Below, piece after piece: positions 23,870-36,045 of a stretch of DNA of 50,684 nucleotides (positions are counted from its first letter, which is position 1; each line of letters begins with the position of its first letter). This DNA is from Octopus bimaculoides (Eukaryota). The stretch is taken from the NCBI RefSeq assembly GCF_001194135.2, contig NC_068981.1:101579601-101630284 (forward strand), given 5' to 3'. The notes below the pieces were generated by a model. The model worked only from the letters and a program-made list of their open reading frames with translations. It was not told where the DNA came from and searched no databases. Position numbers and translations under genes: made by a program.

Positions 23870-24859
23870 GAGAAAAAGCTACAGCATATTGTTTCCATAT
23901 TTGGCAGCAATTTCCCTAATCAGGGGATCTTGATCCATATTTCAGGCAATTGTTGTTCTGGCACATTTTGTGTGGAGTTAAGATTAATGGGAAATTTCAT
24001 GCAGTTTCATGCCAAATCATGGTTATAAGTTGGGAGGCACAAGAAATACAATGCAAAGGCATTAGAAGACTTGTGAAGATAATCTTCGTTAGCTGGTGGC
24101 CATACTGCTCTGACTTTGTGTAAAACAATCTTTCTTATCAAACACTAACAGAGGTACCTGGCATTGCTCAGAATTAAAATGGCATAGTTTGTATAGATAT
24201 TAAAGTTATGTTGAAACATGTGGTACGGGAAAGTGCAGCATTGACAACAAAACATTTGTAGAGTAAATGATGGACTAATTCGACTAAGTGACATGTCATA
24301 TGTCCATTTGGAGGCCCTAATCTGCCATGGAAAATTGGGGGTGGGGTGTATATGATTTTTGAATGCAACGAAAAGCTGTCAGTGGATATACTCTCCTTTG
24401 CAACAGTTGGCACTGCCTCTAACACAACCCATTGTATGGTTGACAGTCGAATGAATGTAAGTGTAACAGAGACATTGTATGTAAATGGGTTCATTCTGGA
24501 AAAGGACTGCAATGGGAGATGGCATTGGGGAAGTGAACTGTGGAAATGTTAGACAACAATGGGCTGACATTGGATTGCTGGTGTGGCTGTAGAATAAGAA
24601 ACATAAACTGAGCCTATGCAGTCACATGAGAATAAGTAGTAATGAATTACTTGAGAAAATAAGGCATAATGGCTTATCACATGGTTGGTGGGAGTAATTG
24701 GAGAATGTTTTGATATTGAAGTTCATGCAGGAAACTGCTTTGTTGGTGCAGCCTTTAGGTTTGTTGGTATTATGCTGAAATGGGATCCATCTTCACCATC
24801 TACAAAGAGCAGTGGATACTGGAGCGCATCATAAGATGTAGTAATTCCTACAAAACCTC

Positions 24860-25480
24860 TCAATAAACAATGTTCTTTGTTTTCCTTTGTGGAACAAATG
24901 CAAATAGATTTCGTTTGCTTCCCACTCTCGAGCAGCCAACATTTAATTGTTCAAGTGAGAAGCATGACTCTCCTAAGTGAAGTTCTATCACAGACAGTGT
25001 TTGACCCTGGGGATTATTGATAGACATTGCAAAGCTGATACAAATAGGAAATTGCACTCTTCTGAAGAAAAAAGTAATTTCTGCTCCCAATGGAATGGGA
25101 GGAATTCCGGGTATGAAAACAACCTCACCTTTTCCACATCCAGAGAGAATGGTGGCCTCAATAACATGTGGCGTCATCTTCTTTACCACCAGGTGTGTCC
25201 CGTTGCAGAATGTTGGTGGATTCAAATTCCTCAATTACATTACTGGAGTTCCCACTTCAAGTACCAATCTGTGGGGAGGTAGTCCTGGAAGCTTCAATGA
25301 ATTGAGAAATTCTGTTGGATAATTTATCAACTCTTCATGGATCTGGGATTGTATCAACTGACTTATAGATGCGAGAACTTCCAGGAAGGTACTACAGAGG
25401 CTGCTCATTAATTTTATTTTCAGTGCTGTTTTTTGGAACCAGTATTGCTCTTTCACACAGCCAATTGAGATTGTGATAAT
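24860..25480 (-). pseudogene. Helitron PIF1-like helicase C-terminal fragment
   Basis: [106 protein letters not shown]. Confidence 0.93.
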
Positions 25481-25859
25481 TTCTTGACTAATGGATGTAA
25501 GGGAGACAATTTCTGAAAGTTACTTCGCAATCTGCTCTCATCAGTGTTACTCATTATGTGAAAAATTTCAAGAGTCTAAAACCTGGTAATGACACAGTGC
25601 TTCTTTGACACTCAGAGAGCCCCAAGGGTCTTCGTTATCCATAATCTCTATTAAATACTTTTCAAATATGATAATGATTATTTCACCAAATTAATTTTTT
25701 TTATTGATTGTGAGCTATGAGCAACAGACCGATGCTAACACAATTGTTATTTTTCTCCATTTACTACAGTGATGTAACCATAATTCGTGTACTTGAGACA
25801 ATTCATGCAGAAGGACGGGCATTTTAATTACAACAATTGACATACCTACACAAGTGTGT

Positions 25860-26230
25860 CCCTACCCATCGATTTTGTTTCCTCATAACTTTTAGAAAAA
25901 TAGATATTTTTTAATGAAATTTTCCATAAATATCTTTTATGTAGACTACAATTATATTGGAATTTGATGTGAAAAAATTTTCACAGAAAGGAGTTTCGGA
26001 TAATTCACGCGAATTGACTTCGTTTCCTCATAACATTCAGGAAAAAAAACAAAAAACGGATAGTTTTAAATCAAATTTCCTGCAAACACCTTTCAGATGG
26101 TGTAGATTACGATTATATCGGAATTTAATGTAGAAAAAAAATTGGGGAATGTGCACACATACATATTGACACCATCTGAAAGGTATTAGTAGAAAATTTA
26201 ATTTAAAAATACCCATTTTTTTTGCATGTG
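25860..26230. repeat. Two ~150-bp direct repeat units plus an inverted copy (probable Helitron-associated non-coding repeat)
   Basis: TTTCCTCATAAC..TGTAGA(C/T)TAC(A/G)ATTATAT(T/C)GGAATTT at ~25877 and ~26022; CCTTTCAGATGGTGT (~26088) inverted as ACACCATCTGAAAGG (~26169). Confidence 0.6.
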
Positions 26231-27896
26231 AATTATCTGAAACTAGTCTACCCTCTTCGAAAGATATTTGTAGAAAATATCTTTAGAATATATTATTTTA
26301 CTAAAAGTTAGGGTTATATATATATNNNNNNNNNNNNNNNNNNNNNNNNNNNNNNNNNNNNNNNNNNNNNNNNNNNNNNNNNNNNNNNNNNNNNNNNNNN
26401 NNNNNNNNNNNNNNNNNNNNNNNNNNNNNNNNNNNNNNNNNNNNNNNNNNNNNNNNNNNNNNNNNNNNNNNNNNNNNNNNNNNNNNNNNNNNNNNNNNNN
26501 NNNNNNNNNNNNNNNNNNNNNNNNNNNNNNNNNNNNNNNNNNNNNNNNNNNNNNNNNNNNNNNNNNNNNNNNNNNNNNNNNNNNNNNNNNNNNNNNNNNN
26601 NNNNNNNNNNNNNNNNNNNNNNNNNNNNNNNNNNNNNNNNNNNNNNNNNNNNNNNNNNNNNNNNNNNNNNNNNNNNNNNNNNNNNNNNNNNNNNNNNNNN
26701 NNNNNNNNNNNNNNNNNNNNNNNNNNNNNNCCTTTACTCATTCATTTACCAATTATTTTATATCTTCTATTTTTCGCTACCAATGGTTGAAATGAACGAA
26801 ACCACATAAAATAACATTTCATTGAATCTGACCTTAACATTAAAGAAACACCAACGAACACCCTTAAACCATTTGACACCAACACCCCACCACACACAAA
26901 CCAAAATCTATACTCTCAAACTTAAAATCTCAAACCTGAAGAGAGATACGATAAAGGAAATAAGTATTCTATTCAGAATTTCCAAGTGTCTGTTGTAATA
27001 GATATATGGGAGAAACTATACTTCAACTCTATATTTTTATTTAAATCTTCGATTGAAGTCTGCAGACAAATTTGTTTCGATGTTGGTCGGTTTTATATAA
27101 CTTTGGAGTCTTTTTAAACACTCTCCTGTAACATGTTGGTTTCGAGTCATAACAGTATCAAGTACCCAGCTGTGTTACATAACTATGAATTACTTAATCA
27201 GACTCTTTCAGAACAGCAAACCTAGCAGTTCCAACTAAAATCTAAAATAACCTTTTATTTGAAACGTATTACGATACTACATTTCTTGACAAATATTACT
27301 CGACGTCATATATTGCTAAATAAAACATTCTCCAATTCTTAATGATTTGATAAATTACCACATATGTCGATGTATGAGGCGACCAGGTGTTTAAGTTATC
27401 CATAACTTCACATTACAGGTGTACTTTTTCAGTTATGCTTACTGTATAAAACTTAGTTGTCAATATTTCACTATAGTAGATTATAAATAATACGTTGCTT
27501 TTGGTTCAACAAATGGAGGTTTTTCACAAGATTAACATACATGTTTTTAGCACGTTTTAAAATACATACATTGAACCAAAACTTGTTAAACTTGAGTTAC
27601 ATAAAGATAATGTACTTACGATGAGGGCGATATTCCAGCAACCACAGGGATGTAAGAAAGTAGCACCGAGTGGCGTACCAAGAGAATGATGGGAAGGGCG
27701 GTCCGCTCCGGGCGACACAATTTATTTGTATTAATAAATCATTAATAAAGATGCAGTATAAATATCATAGACTTTAATAATGTATAGTAGCTATTAAAAT
27801 TTCCTTAAAATTCAAATTTATCATCAGTAAACTTATATTGTGCGTTAATATTGAGTAATATACAGTATAATATTGTTAATACAGTAATATTGTGTT

Positions 27897-27972
27897 GTGG
27901 AGGCGCAATGGCCCATTGGTCAGGGCAGCGGACTTGCGGTCATAGGATCGCGGTTTCGATTCCCAGACCTGG
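27897..27972 (+). mobile_element. Isolated tRNA-like SINE head (family C)
   Basis: GGAGGCGCAATGGCCCATTGGTCAGGGCAGCGGAC..GGATCGCGGTTTCGATTCCCAGACC; A and B boxes present, acceptor stem not convincing. Confidence 0.65.
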
Positions 27973-28122
27973 AATTTCTATATTTAGTTATAAAGGTATA
28001 CATAGAGACGAACACTTACATTCTTACAAATGGTTTGGTTGCAATGAAATCGGATAAAAGGACGAAATAAAATTATATGCAATAAAAAATTTATAAAATA
28101 ATATTCTGGGTTATTTTTATGG

Positions 28123-28990
28123 TTAACCCACTGGTCTTTTCTCCTTTGTTTTTTCCTTCTTTTCGCCTTGACCGGCTATGCTAGCACGGCCCCAATTCAT
28201 CCTCGGCTTCCTTACTACAGACATCCATCTTTTTCCGAACGTACTTTGTGACAGGCACCTTTTCTCCAGACGGATCTTTCTCAACAGGTGGAAGTTGAAA
28301 TAACTTACCAACCCGTGTCCGGAGATGAAGTGACCTGTCCCAATCCCTTTCGATCGTGTCGCCCATACCGTTTCTTTCAGTATGGCTACTACACAGAAAA
28401 AGGATGCCTTCTTTTCCTTGTTGAAGGAAGAAGGCAATACGATCTTAATCATGGACTCAGTCGAGAGCCGTACTCTTTCCGCATCCGACATCAGTTGTTC
28501 GACATAAGTTATCAACTTCCTCAACTCCTCACAGAGTACGAAGGCGTGCACGACAGTTTCACTGACGCGCCCGCACCTCGGGCATATGAGGGAGGTGTCA
28601 AAACCGTGTCTAGATAACCTCTCTCGAACCGGTAAGGCCGATTGGTAGCACAACCAAGCCAAAGATTTCTGGAAGTTATCCAGATACCTCGACCCGAATG
28701 TCCTTCCGAACAGGTTGGTCAGTTGCTCCTCATCAAAGCCCAGAGTCTCCCCCAGGATATCGTCGGACTTATGCTCTACCAACCCTCTATAAAAATCCGC
28801 AGTGGAAACCTCGCTGCTCGTATTGCTCGCCCGAGAGAACAGAGTGAGTGCTTGTCTGCACTCCCTCTGCCATTCTCCCATCCTAGGTCTCCGCTTGATC
28901 CATGTATCTAAGTCCCTGAAGGACTTCAATTGGGGAAAGAGTTGCTTGGCATGCGGTGACCACACCTGCTCACCATCCAGGTAGCATTAG
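28123..28990 (-). pseudogene. L1/Tx1-clade LINE ORF2 3' fragment (zf-RVT region), 5'-truncated
   Basis: 280-aa ORF with LAWLCYQSALPVRERLSRHG..ICPRCGRVSETVVHAFVLCEE (C-x2-C..H..C finger) and IVLPSSF..FFCVVAILKETVWATR. Confidence 0.85.
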
Positions 28991-29029
28991 GGTCTCAGCG
29001 GGCTGAGGAAACGAGATGGTGTAGTCGAG

Positions 29030-29940
29030 TAGATGCAGTGAAAGTTGTACATACAAAATTCACAGTTGATGGAAGATGCAGAAAATCTGGTGCAGGTTTA
29101 ATTCTTCAGGCGATGCTGTCATTTTCTTTCTTGTAATTTCTTGGCCTTTGGAGAGATATACTTCCTGAAATTAATGACACTCAGAAGTACCTCCAAATGA
29201 AAGGTCTGGAGTTGCAACAATGTGCCATTAAACTATCAGCTTTGAAAACTTTTATATTTGTAAGCAGAGACAAAACAATAGATGATGCGTTGCCCTATTC
29301 AACCGAAATTTGCTCTGATATGGGGAATCAGCACAGAGCGTCGAATTCGCAAAAAGAAAAGAATGAGCTAAGAAGAAAGTATCGATGCCGCTCTCGGCTA
29401 CAATGCTGAGGTAAGAAGAGAAATGTTGTCAGTGATAGATAGACTAGCTGAAGAAATAACCTCTGGATTCGAAAGGCTTCACGATACTGTAAAGAAATAC
29501 ACCTTTCTTACACCGTCCAATTTGTCAGATAAAGAGTGTAATTGTGATGCAGATGCTTTTGATGAGAATATTAAGAGAGAAAACTTTCTGGTTGAAAGGG
29601 CAAGACTGCAAAATTATTTGGCGGCTGCTGACGCTGAAGACATGGAAGGGCCTTTGCAAGTTCTTCAGTTTATTTAGAAATATAATCTTATTGATTCATT
29701 GCCAAATATTGTAATACTTTTGAGAGTCTTCCTAACTAGTGCCATTAGTGTTGCTAGCTGCGAACGGTCCTTTACTAAATTAAAGCTCATCAAGAATTAC
29801 CTCAGGTCAACGATAAGTAAAACAAGGTTGATTGATTTGGCAATACTATCCATAGAGCGCGACCTTGCGGATAAAATAAAAAATTGATGAAGTCAGTCAA
29901 GATTTCGCGAAGAGGAAGGGACACAAAATCAATTTGTAAA
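29030..29940 (+). pseudogene. hAT transposase C-terminal half including the hATC dimerisation domain
   Basis: INDTQKYLQMKGL.., EMLSVIDRLAEEI..FERL, LPNIVILLRVFLTSAISVASCERSFTKLKLIKNYLRSTISKTRLIDLAILSIERD; frameshifts and stops. Confidence 0.92.
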
Positions 29941-31059
29941 TCGTTTATTTTTGTAATTCACTCATCTTCTGTTCCTTAACATATTTTTCCTATTATTTTT
30001 TGTGTATAAACAAAAGGAAATTTGAGGGAAATAAATAGTTGCTACAGTTTGACATCTTATTTTGCACACATATATACCTGTATTATTCAGGTTTTGGCGT
30101 TTTGAAGTGTTATTAGAACTTTTAAGGGGCGGCCAAATAAACATCCACCCCAGGCGGAACCATAACATGTTAAGGTTCAGGTTTTATATTTAGTGCTTAA
30201 TACAACCTCTGGTTTTGAGGGGTTTTTTTAAAGCTAAAATCTCGTTCTATACATTAAACATTAAAAAATGTTTTCAGTCAGAAGGTAAGGAGAGTGTCTA
30301 TGATCCATTATAGGGCTTTGGTGACTGGTGGGACGCATTGGGAAGGTGTGCTCAAACCGAAGATCTGACCTGAATGCTTGCAACAGAATGGACCCCTCTA
30401 ATGTCACTCAAGAGTCAGGCAGTGTTCTTAAACCGGGTGACGTATTAAGTCTATCATCCATGTTAGTCGCAGTGGGATTTGAACTCAGAACATAGAGCCA
30501 AAATAAATACTGAAATACTGAAAAGCATCTCTTCAGACGTTTTAATATTCTTGCCAGTGACTCCACTATTTATTAACTCCAAAAGGGTGAAAAGCAAAGT
30601 TGTTCATGGTGAACTCAGAATGCAAGGTACTGAAATGAATAACGCAAGGCATTTTTTCCGTCACTGTTAAAACTGCCAGTTTGCTGACATGCTGTTTAAA
30701 ATCTCACAGGTGTTGACTTTAACATTTATTCCCCAATTATTGATAAAAGAAATGCATTTTGTTAGTGTTTTTTCGGATTCCACTATAATCTATACACACA
30801 CTCGTGTACACCAAGGAAGTGTCTGAGAATCGAGAACAGTGTCCTGATGTTTATAAGAGAGATAGTTTTGCCATTATGTGAATAGGTAGTGTGTATGGAG
30901 GATATTACTTAGCGTGAAGGAGATTTGTTGACACGGCAATTATCTTGAAGTTTGTGGAGTCTTGAAATGTCCGATTTCATTGATTTCATTTATAAAATCT
31001 AAAATAAGTAGTAATTCATGACTTAAACATTGCCAAATCATAACGTTGGAAAATTCTTG

Positions 31060-31520
31060 AATTAATCTAGGTATATGCAGAGTTTCGTGTTGGTATGCAA
31101 CACAGCAATTCTGAAATTATCTTTATACACTGTTACTTTATCTGAACACTCCAGTGGTTGAGATGATGTGATGTTACAAATGACATCAATTAAATAGACT
31201 ATTTCATTATTTGGTGGGGTGGGCAAAATTTTTGCTGTTTTTCATCAGTTTTAACCAACAGCATAAAACATTCAAAATAATCCGTGTTTCAAATCCTGTA
31301 AATCTGCTAGTGCATTACAGAGGATTTATACAGCCATTTATATGATTTTCTCCAAAGTTAAGTTTTCTGATAAGGAGAAAGTTGAGTAACAAAGCATTTA
31401 TAGTGGTTTGGCATTATTGATCGACATTCTGGATGAATTTACATCATTATCAAGAAAGACAATTGAGTTTCATGAAGTCAGTGAAAATCATTGAACGTGT
31501 TATTAATTATTCTACACATT
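31060..31520 (+). pseudogene. Possible ancient hAT-like transposase remnant
   Basis: Broken-frame SEIIFIHC, SASALQRIYTAIYMIFS and GLALLIDILDEFTSLS weakly resemble hAT motifs (IIxxHC..H; ALxxxYxAL; LALMxDILxELxxLS). Confidence 0.3.
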
Positions 31521-31994
31521 AAAAAAAAAAAAAAAGGAGTTTTGGCGTTCTTAACAATTGAATTAATAACTAACCCAAAATGATACTCAGAAATGCATAG
31601 AATTTGGTGAAAAGGAAGGTTTAAATCACTGACACGAATGCATAATTGATTAAGCTAAGGCAATATTATTAAGTAAAGAAACAAATTAAGTTTAAAAGGA
31701 AATAATTTAATTTTTGAATTTAGGTGAATGTGTAGGATGTAAGTCAGGATGTGGGTGAATGTGTAGTATTTGTGTTAGGATTTAGGATTTGTGTGAAGAC
31801 TTAGAACGTAAGCTTTGATAAGAATTTAAGAATTGGGTTAGGGTTAAGTTAAAGTGGTGGTGGTTGTAAAAATGTTAAATTATTATTGGATCTCGCGTTA
31901 TGGAACATTGAAGTGAGAATGAGTCCCTTGAAAACTTGGAGAAAAACTCCTAATAAAATTCTAAATTTTGAAATTTGAAATTGGTTAAAGTGTT

Positions 31995-32460
31995 TTTGTA
32001 TCTATCCAGTCGGACGACTTACCTGAACCACTGCAACTTTTCCATACCAAATATCCCGATCTTCCATAGCGATTTTCATATCCTCAGATTGATGTCCAAT
32101 GTCTTCCACGAGTTGGTCAATATATATCCTTCTTGGTCTGCTGATATCTGTATGTTTATGCGTAGGTTTCCAGTGAAGGAGATCGTTGGATATTTCATCC
32201 TTGCCTTTCCAGCAATCTCCTACATAACCTGTTCTTTTTTTTCTTTGACTACCGAGGTAATGGTAGAAAGACTTCATTACAATCGTTGCTTTTTAGGGTG
32301 TTGCTGTCAAGAAAGAAGTTACAGAACAATCTATTGGCCTTGAACCCCACCCCCCAAGATATGGAAGACTGAAGAGTTCGATGACATCCTCCTCCAGGGT
32401 TGCAATTCTATAACATGCAAACGATTATACGATCAGCAACTAAACTGTCGCCATCAGGTC
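31995..32460 (-). mobile_element. RTE LINE ORF2 3' fragment
   Basis: QQHPKKQRL.., TGYVGDCWKGKDEISNDLLHWKPTH..RPRRIYIDQLVEDIG..AMEDRDIW..SRPT. Confidence 0.85.
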
Positions 32461-32779
32461 AAACCGGTGAAAAGGATTGACAGAAACTCGACAATGCATA
32501 AAACCCCCCCCCAACAACATCTATCTTTACATAAATATATACGCTACAAGTTTGACAGGAGGTTCGTGTGTAATTGAAGGTAGGTTCCCCTCTACATTGA
32601 GAGGTCACAACTCCGGTATTATGGACATGTGATTCGAATGGCCCTGGAAAGAATCGCAAGAAGGATTCTTCAAACTGTATGAACTGTGTTTAAGGCAGAT
32701 ACGCACAGCGTGTATCACTCCGCTATAGACACTGTTTGTAAACATGTCAAATAAAGTAAACACCTAGAAACATAACAAT

Positions 32780-33420
32780 GCCTTCAGTGAGTTGTTTATT
32801 ATCTCACAAAGAACAAAAGAATACATAACACGTATAATAAATGAAGATGAAGCTAATTGAAAAAGAGTGAGGATTGCTAATCAAGAACGAAGACAAAATA
32901 TGAACGACGCCGAGAGGAAAGAATATTTAGTACATGAAAGAAAGAAAAACCAGGATAGAAGAGAAAATATTACCGAAGAGAATGGAGAAGGATACCTAGA
33001 ACAGATGTGGAACAGATTTTAGGCTTGGAAAGAAGAGGATACAATAAACAAGAATATTCAAGCAGGAGAAAACTGTGCAAGTGTTAGAAGGATAGCAGCA
33101 GATAATCACGAGGAGCCATTTAGCATCGGGGTAATGAATATGACATGTCCTTATTGTGGAGTAATGTAGTTCTGAGATGTGAAGCCTTAGATGGTGCCAA
33201 AACGGCAAACTTAAGCTATCAGATTTGGCAGACTAATCTGTGAAGTCAAACTATAGTGTACTTATTTACTAAATCAATGCAGTACTTTAAAAAAAAGCAG
33301 CAAGAAATTCATCAAAGCATTATGAATGGATGACGGAATATTACTACTGAGCAGGAAAATATTTATAGCTGATACTGTAGCAGAAATATGGGTCGTGGGA
33401 TTTTCGCGCAGTACTGATAG
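32780..33420 (+). mobile_element. Non-autonomous Helitron-derived element, copy 1 (charged region, Zn-finger remnant, hairpin/ATAG end)
   Basis: SIGVMNMTCPYCGV..(C)CQNGK.KL at 33122-33225; hairpin-like CGTGGGATTTTCGCG (33394-33408), then ATAG|T. Confidence 0.65.
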
Positions 33421-33429
33421 TTTATTTTA

Positions 33430-33640
33430 AATATGGCTTTAGATTTTGGCACAAAGTCAGCAATTTCGGGGGAATGGGTAAGTCGATAACATTAACTCCA
33501 GTGGTCAAGTGGTATATTTTATCGACCCCGAAAAGATGAAAGGCGAAGTCGACCTCAGTGGAATTTGAACTCAGAACGCAATGACGGACGAAATGCCGCT
33601 AAGCAATTTTCCCGGCGCGGTAACGATTCTGCTAGCTCGC
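33430..33640 (-). mobile_element. SINE family B (B1 tail), CpG-intact
   Basis: ATCGACCCCGAAAAGATGAAAGGCGAAGTCGACCTCAGTGGAATTTGAACTCAGAACG..GACGAAATGCCGCTAAGCAATTTCCCGGCGCGGTAACGATTCTGCTAGCTCGC. Confidence 0.9.
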
Positions 33641-33659
33641 AATATATTATAAGTAGGCG

Positions 33660-33960
33660 AATACTGTTTACTTACAGAGAAAGACGTTGAAGCCTTTCGT
33701 TGTTTCAATATTACTATTATGACATAATAATGCTCACATTTTATCAATTTAATCTTATTCAATTTTCCTATCTTTAATATTTGAGCGGATACCAACATCA
33801 GAATTACATGAACTATATTTTGTGAATTAAAGCTAAGACAACACAGATTTTCACTGATGAATATGGCAGATGGATAATGCAGTCAGCAAATAAAAGCTAA
33901 AAAGAAGAGAGTATTATGGCAAGCGGAATTGCACGGGCTGTTACATTTTCCTAGGACTTC
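33660..33960 (+). repeat. Dispersed repeat family 2 module (AAAGATGTTGAAGC..TTCTATTATGACGTAATAA)
   Basis: The same module occurs at ~22940, ~35190, ~39240 and ~45830; this copy ends in GCACGGGC..CTAG, possibly Helitron-like. Confidence 0.55.
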
Positions 33961-34044
33961 TACGGATCTCAAATGACCTATTTTTCACACGGTTCATAAA
34001 AAATGTGCTTTGGCCCTTTACTGGGAGCCACTGGTTTACTCTAT

Positions 34045-34261
34045 GTGAATATTGGTTTCAAATTTTTAGCACAAGGTCAGCAATTTTAGGAGAGGGTAAG
34101 TCGATTAAATCGACTCCAGTTTTCAACTGGTACTTATTTTATCAATCCTGAAAGGATAAAAGGCAAAGTCGACCTTGGCGGAATTTGAATTCAGGTCATA
34201 AAGACGGACGAAATACCACTAATCATTTTGTCCGGTGTTCTAACGATTCTGCCAGCTCGCT
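34045..34261 (-). mobile_element. SINE family B (B1 tail)
   Basis: Colinear with 33430-33640; uninterrupted AGACGGACGAAATACCAC head. Confidence 0.9.
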
Positions 34262-34835
34262 GACTTGTCATCTTTTCTTGTTTTTCTCATCTCTTACGTA
34301 TATATTTCAGGCGTTGTGTAGATTAGAATTTCCCTATATTTTGCGTATTTTCATGAGGCAACGTAGAATAAAATTGTCTTGTCAGTGCTTTTGAGTGAAA
34401 GATGATCTAGCATCAGCGTTTGTCCTTTGAAAAACTCGATCAGCTAATTAGTTTGAAAAAGCTCTCCTGTTTAAATAGTGTAAAAGTTGATAGTTGTGAT
34501 AAAGACATTAGTCTCTCTCTATCACCTTTCAACAGCATTATATATTAAGGAACTGTAGAACAATTTAAGAACATAATAAACATAAGTTTTTATTTTTGAT
34601 GATGCTTGGTTATATAAATCCTGTGTCATTCAGCTTAGCAGCCGCTGATTAATTTGTAATCGGTATTGGAAGATTAAGAGCTTCCTTGATGCATGCCAGA
34701 GGAGCAAATAGCTATCATATCGATAGCATCATGGTGAAGAGTGCTTCGATGAGGAGCGAGGTGTTGTCACGTAGAAGGTCTCTCGCTCAACTCGCTTAAC
34801 AAAGTGAAACCAACTCTTTAAGTACTAGTTTTACT

Positions 34836-34911
34836 ACGCATGCGCACTCGAGGGGCTTCTGGTGGTGCAGTCCCTTGCGCATGCGCAAAATAGTACTTCC
34901 TCAATGGCGGC
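34836..34911. promoter_or_regulatory. Promoter-like motif cluster (2 NRF1-type GCGCATGCGC, ETS-type ACTTCC, YY1-type AATGGCGG) inside repeat family 2
   Basis: Motifs at 34836-34846, 34876-34887, 34895-34900 and 34903-34911; function untested. Confidence 0.4.
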
Positions 34912-35496
34912 TATAATTTCGCGCCACTACAATAGCAATACCAGAGAGATTCTGATGTGATACCTTGGTGTGGCGATGACGATGAGATATGAGACATGGG
35001 TGTGGTAATTGACAGGTCGTAGGAAAGCTCTGGGGAGGTGTTGTAATATTTGTTACGGTAAGCTGCCATATCTGAAATAACTAGGATCTAATCTTTTCAG
35101 ACAGAAATATTCTATTATGACGTCATCCAATAAGAATTCTTTTTAATTTTGATATAGTATCATGTTTAATTAGAAATTTGGTTTGTTTAAAGAGAAAGAT
35201 GTTTGAAGCTTAAGACTTTTGAAATGTTTCTATTATGACGTAATAATCCCATTTCGTTAACAAAAACCCGGTTTTGTCTAGATTTATTTTATATCTTGAA
35301 TGTTTAAACAGAGACACACATGAGAATCACCTAAACTATGTCCTGTGTATTAAATCCATGGGAATTTTTCCTGCCTGGTATTGTGGACAACGAGGTTGGT
35401 ATACAATCACCAAACTTATGTTTGTATATACTCTTATAACATCGAAATTTTAATAACTAAATTGTGAATACTTTTCCCTCTTGTTAATTAACAGAG

Positions 35497-35503
<7 letters not shown>

Positions 35504-35587
<84 letters not shown>

Positions 35588-35915
35588 NNNNNNNNNNNNN
35601 NNNNNNNNNNNNNNNNNNNNNNNNNNNNNNNNNNNNNNNNNNNNNNNNNNNNNNNNNNNNNNNNNNNNNNNNNNNNNNNNNNNNNNNNNNNNNNNNNNNN
35701 NNNNNNNNNNNNNNNNNNNNNNNNNNNNNNNNNNNNNNNNNNNNNNNNNNNNNNNNNNNNNNNNNNNNNNNNNNNNNNNNNNNNNNNNNNNNNNNNNNNN
35801 NNNNNNNNNNNNNNNNNNNNNNNNNNNNNNNNNNNNNNNNNNNNNNNNNNNNNNNNNNNNNNNNNNNNNNNNNNNNNNNNNNNNNNNNNNNNNNNNNNNN
35901 NNNNNNNNNNNNNNN

Positions 35916-35960
<45 letters not shown>
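35504..35960. repeat. (GA)n and (CA)n microsatellites flanking an N-gap
   Basis: Direct inspection. Confidence 0.95.
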
Positions 35961-35967
<7 letters not shown>

Positions 35968-36045
35968 CACAAAACACACATATTTAGAAGGTTGTTTGTT
36001 ATGGCCGGTCAGAGTGTGACCATTGGTTTCGTACCTATAAAGCGC

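Larger units (their letters stand above)
27668..30160 (+). mobile_element. hAT DNA transposon remnant with nested insertions
   Basis: GC-rich left end GAGTGGCGTACCAAG..GGGCGGTCCGCTCCGGGCGAC; GC-rich right subterminus GGGGCGGCC..CCACCCCAGGCGG (30125-30157); transposase remnant in between; no clear right TIR. Confidence 0.6.

Noticed and set aside
27897-27972. tRNA gene candidates at 27897, 37079 and 46405
   Set aside because: A and B boxes are present, but two continue into a shared SINE body and I cannot build a proper cloverleaf; treated as SINE heads.
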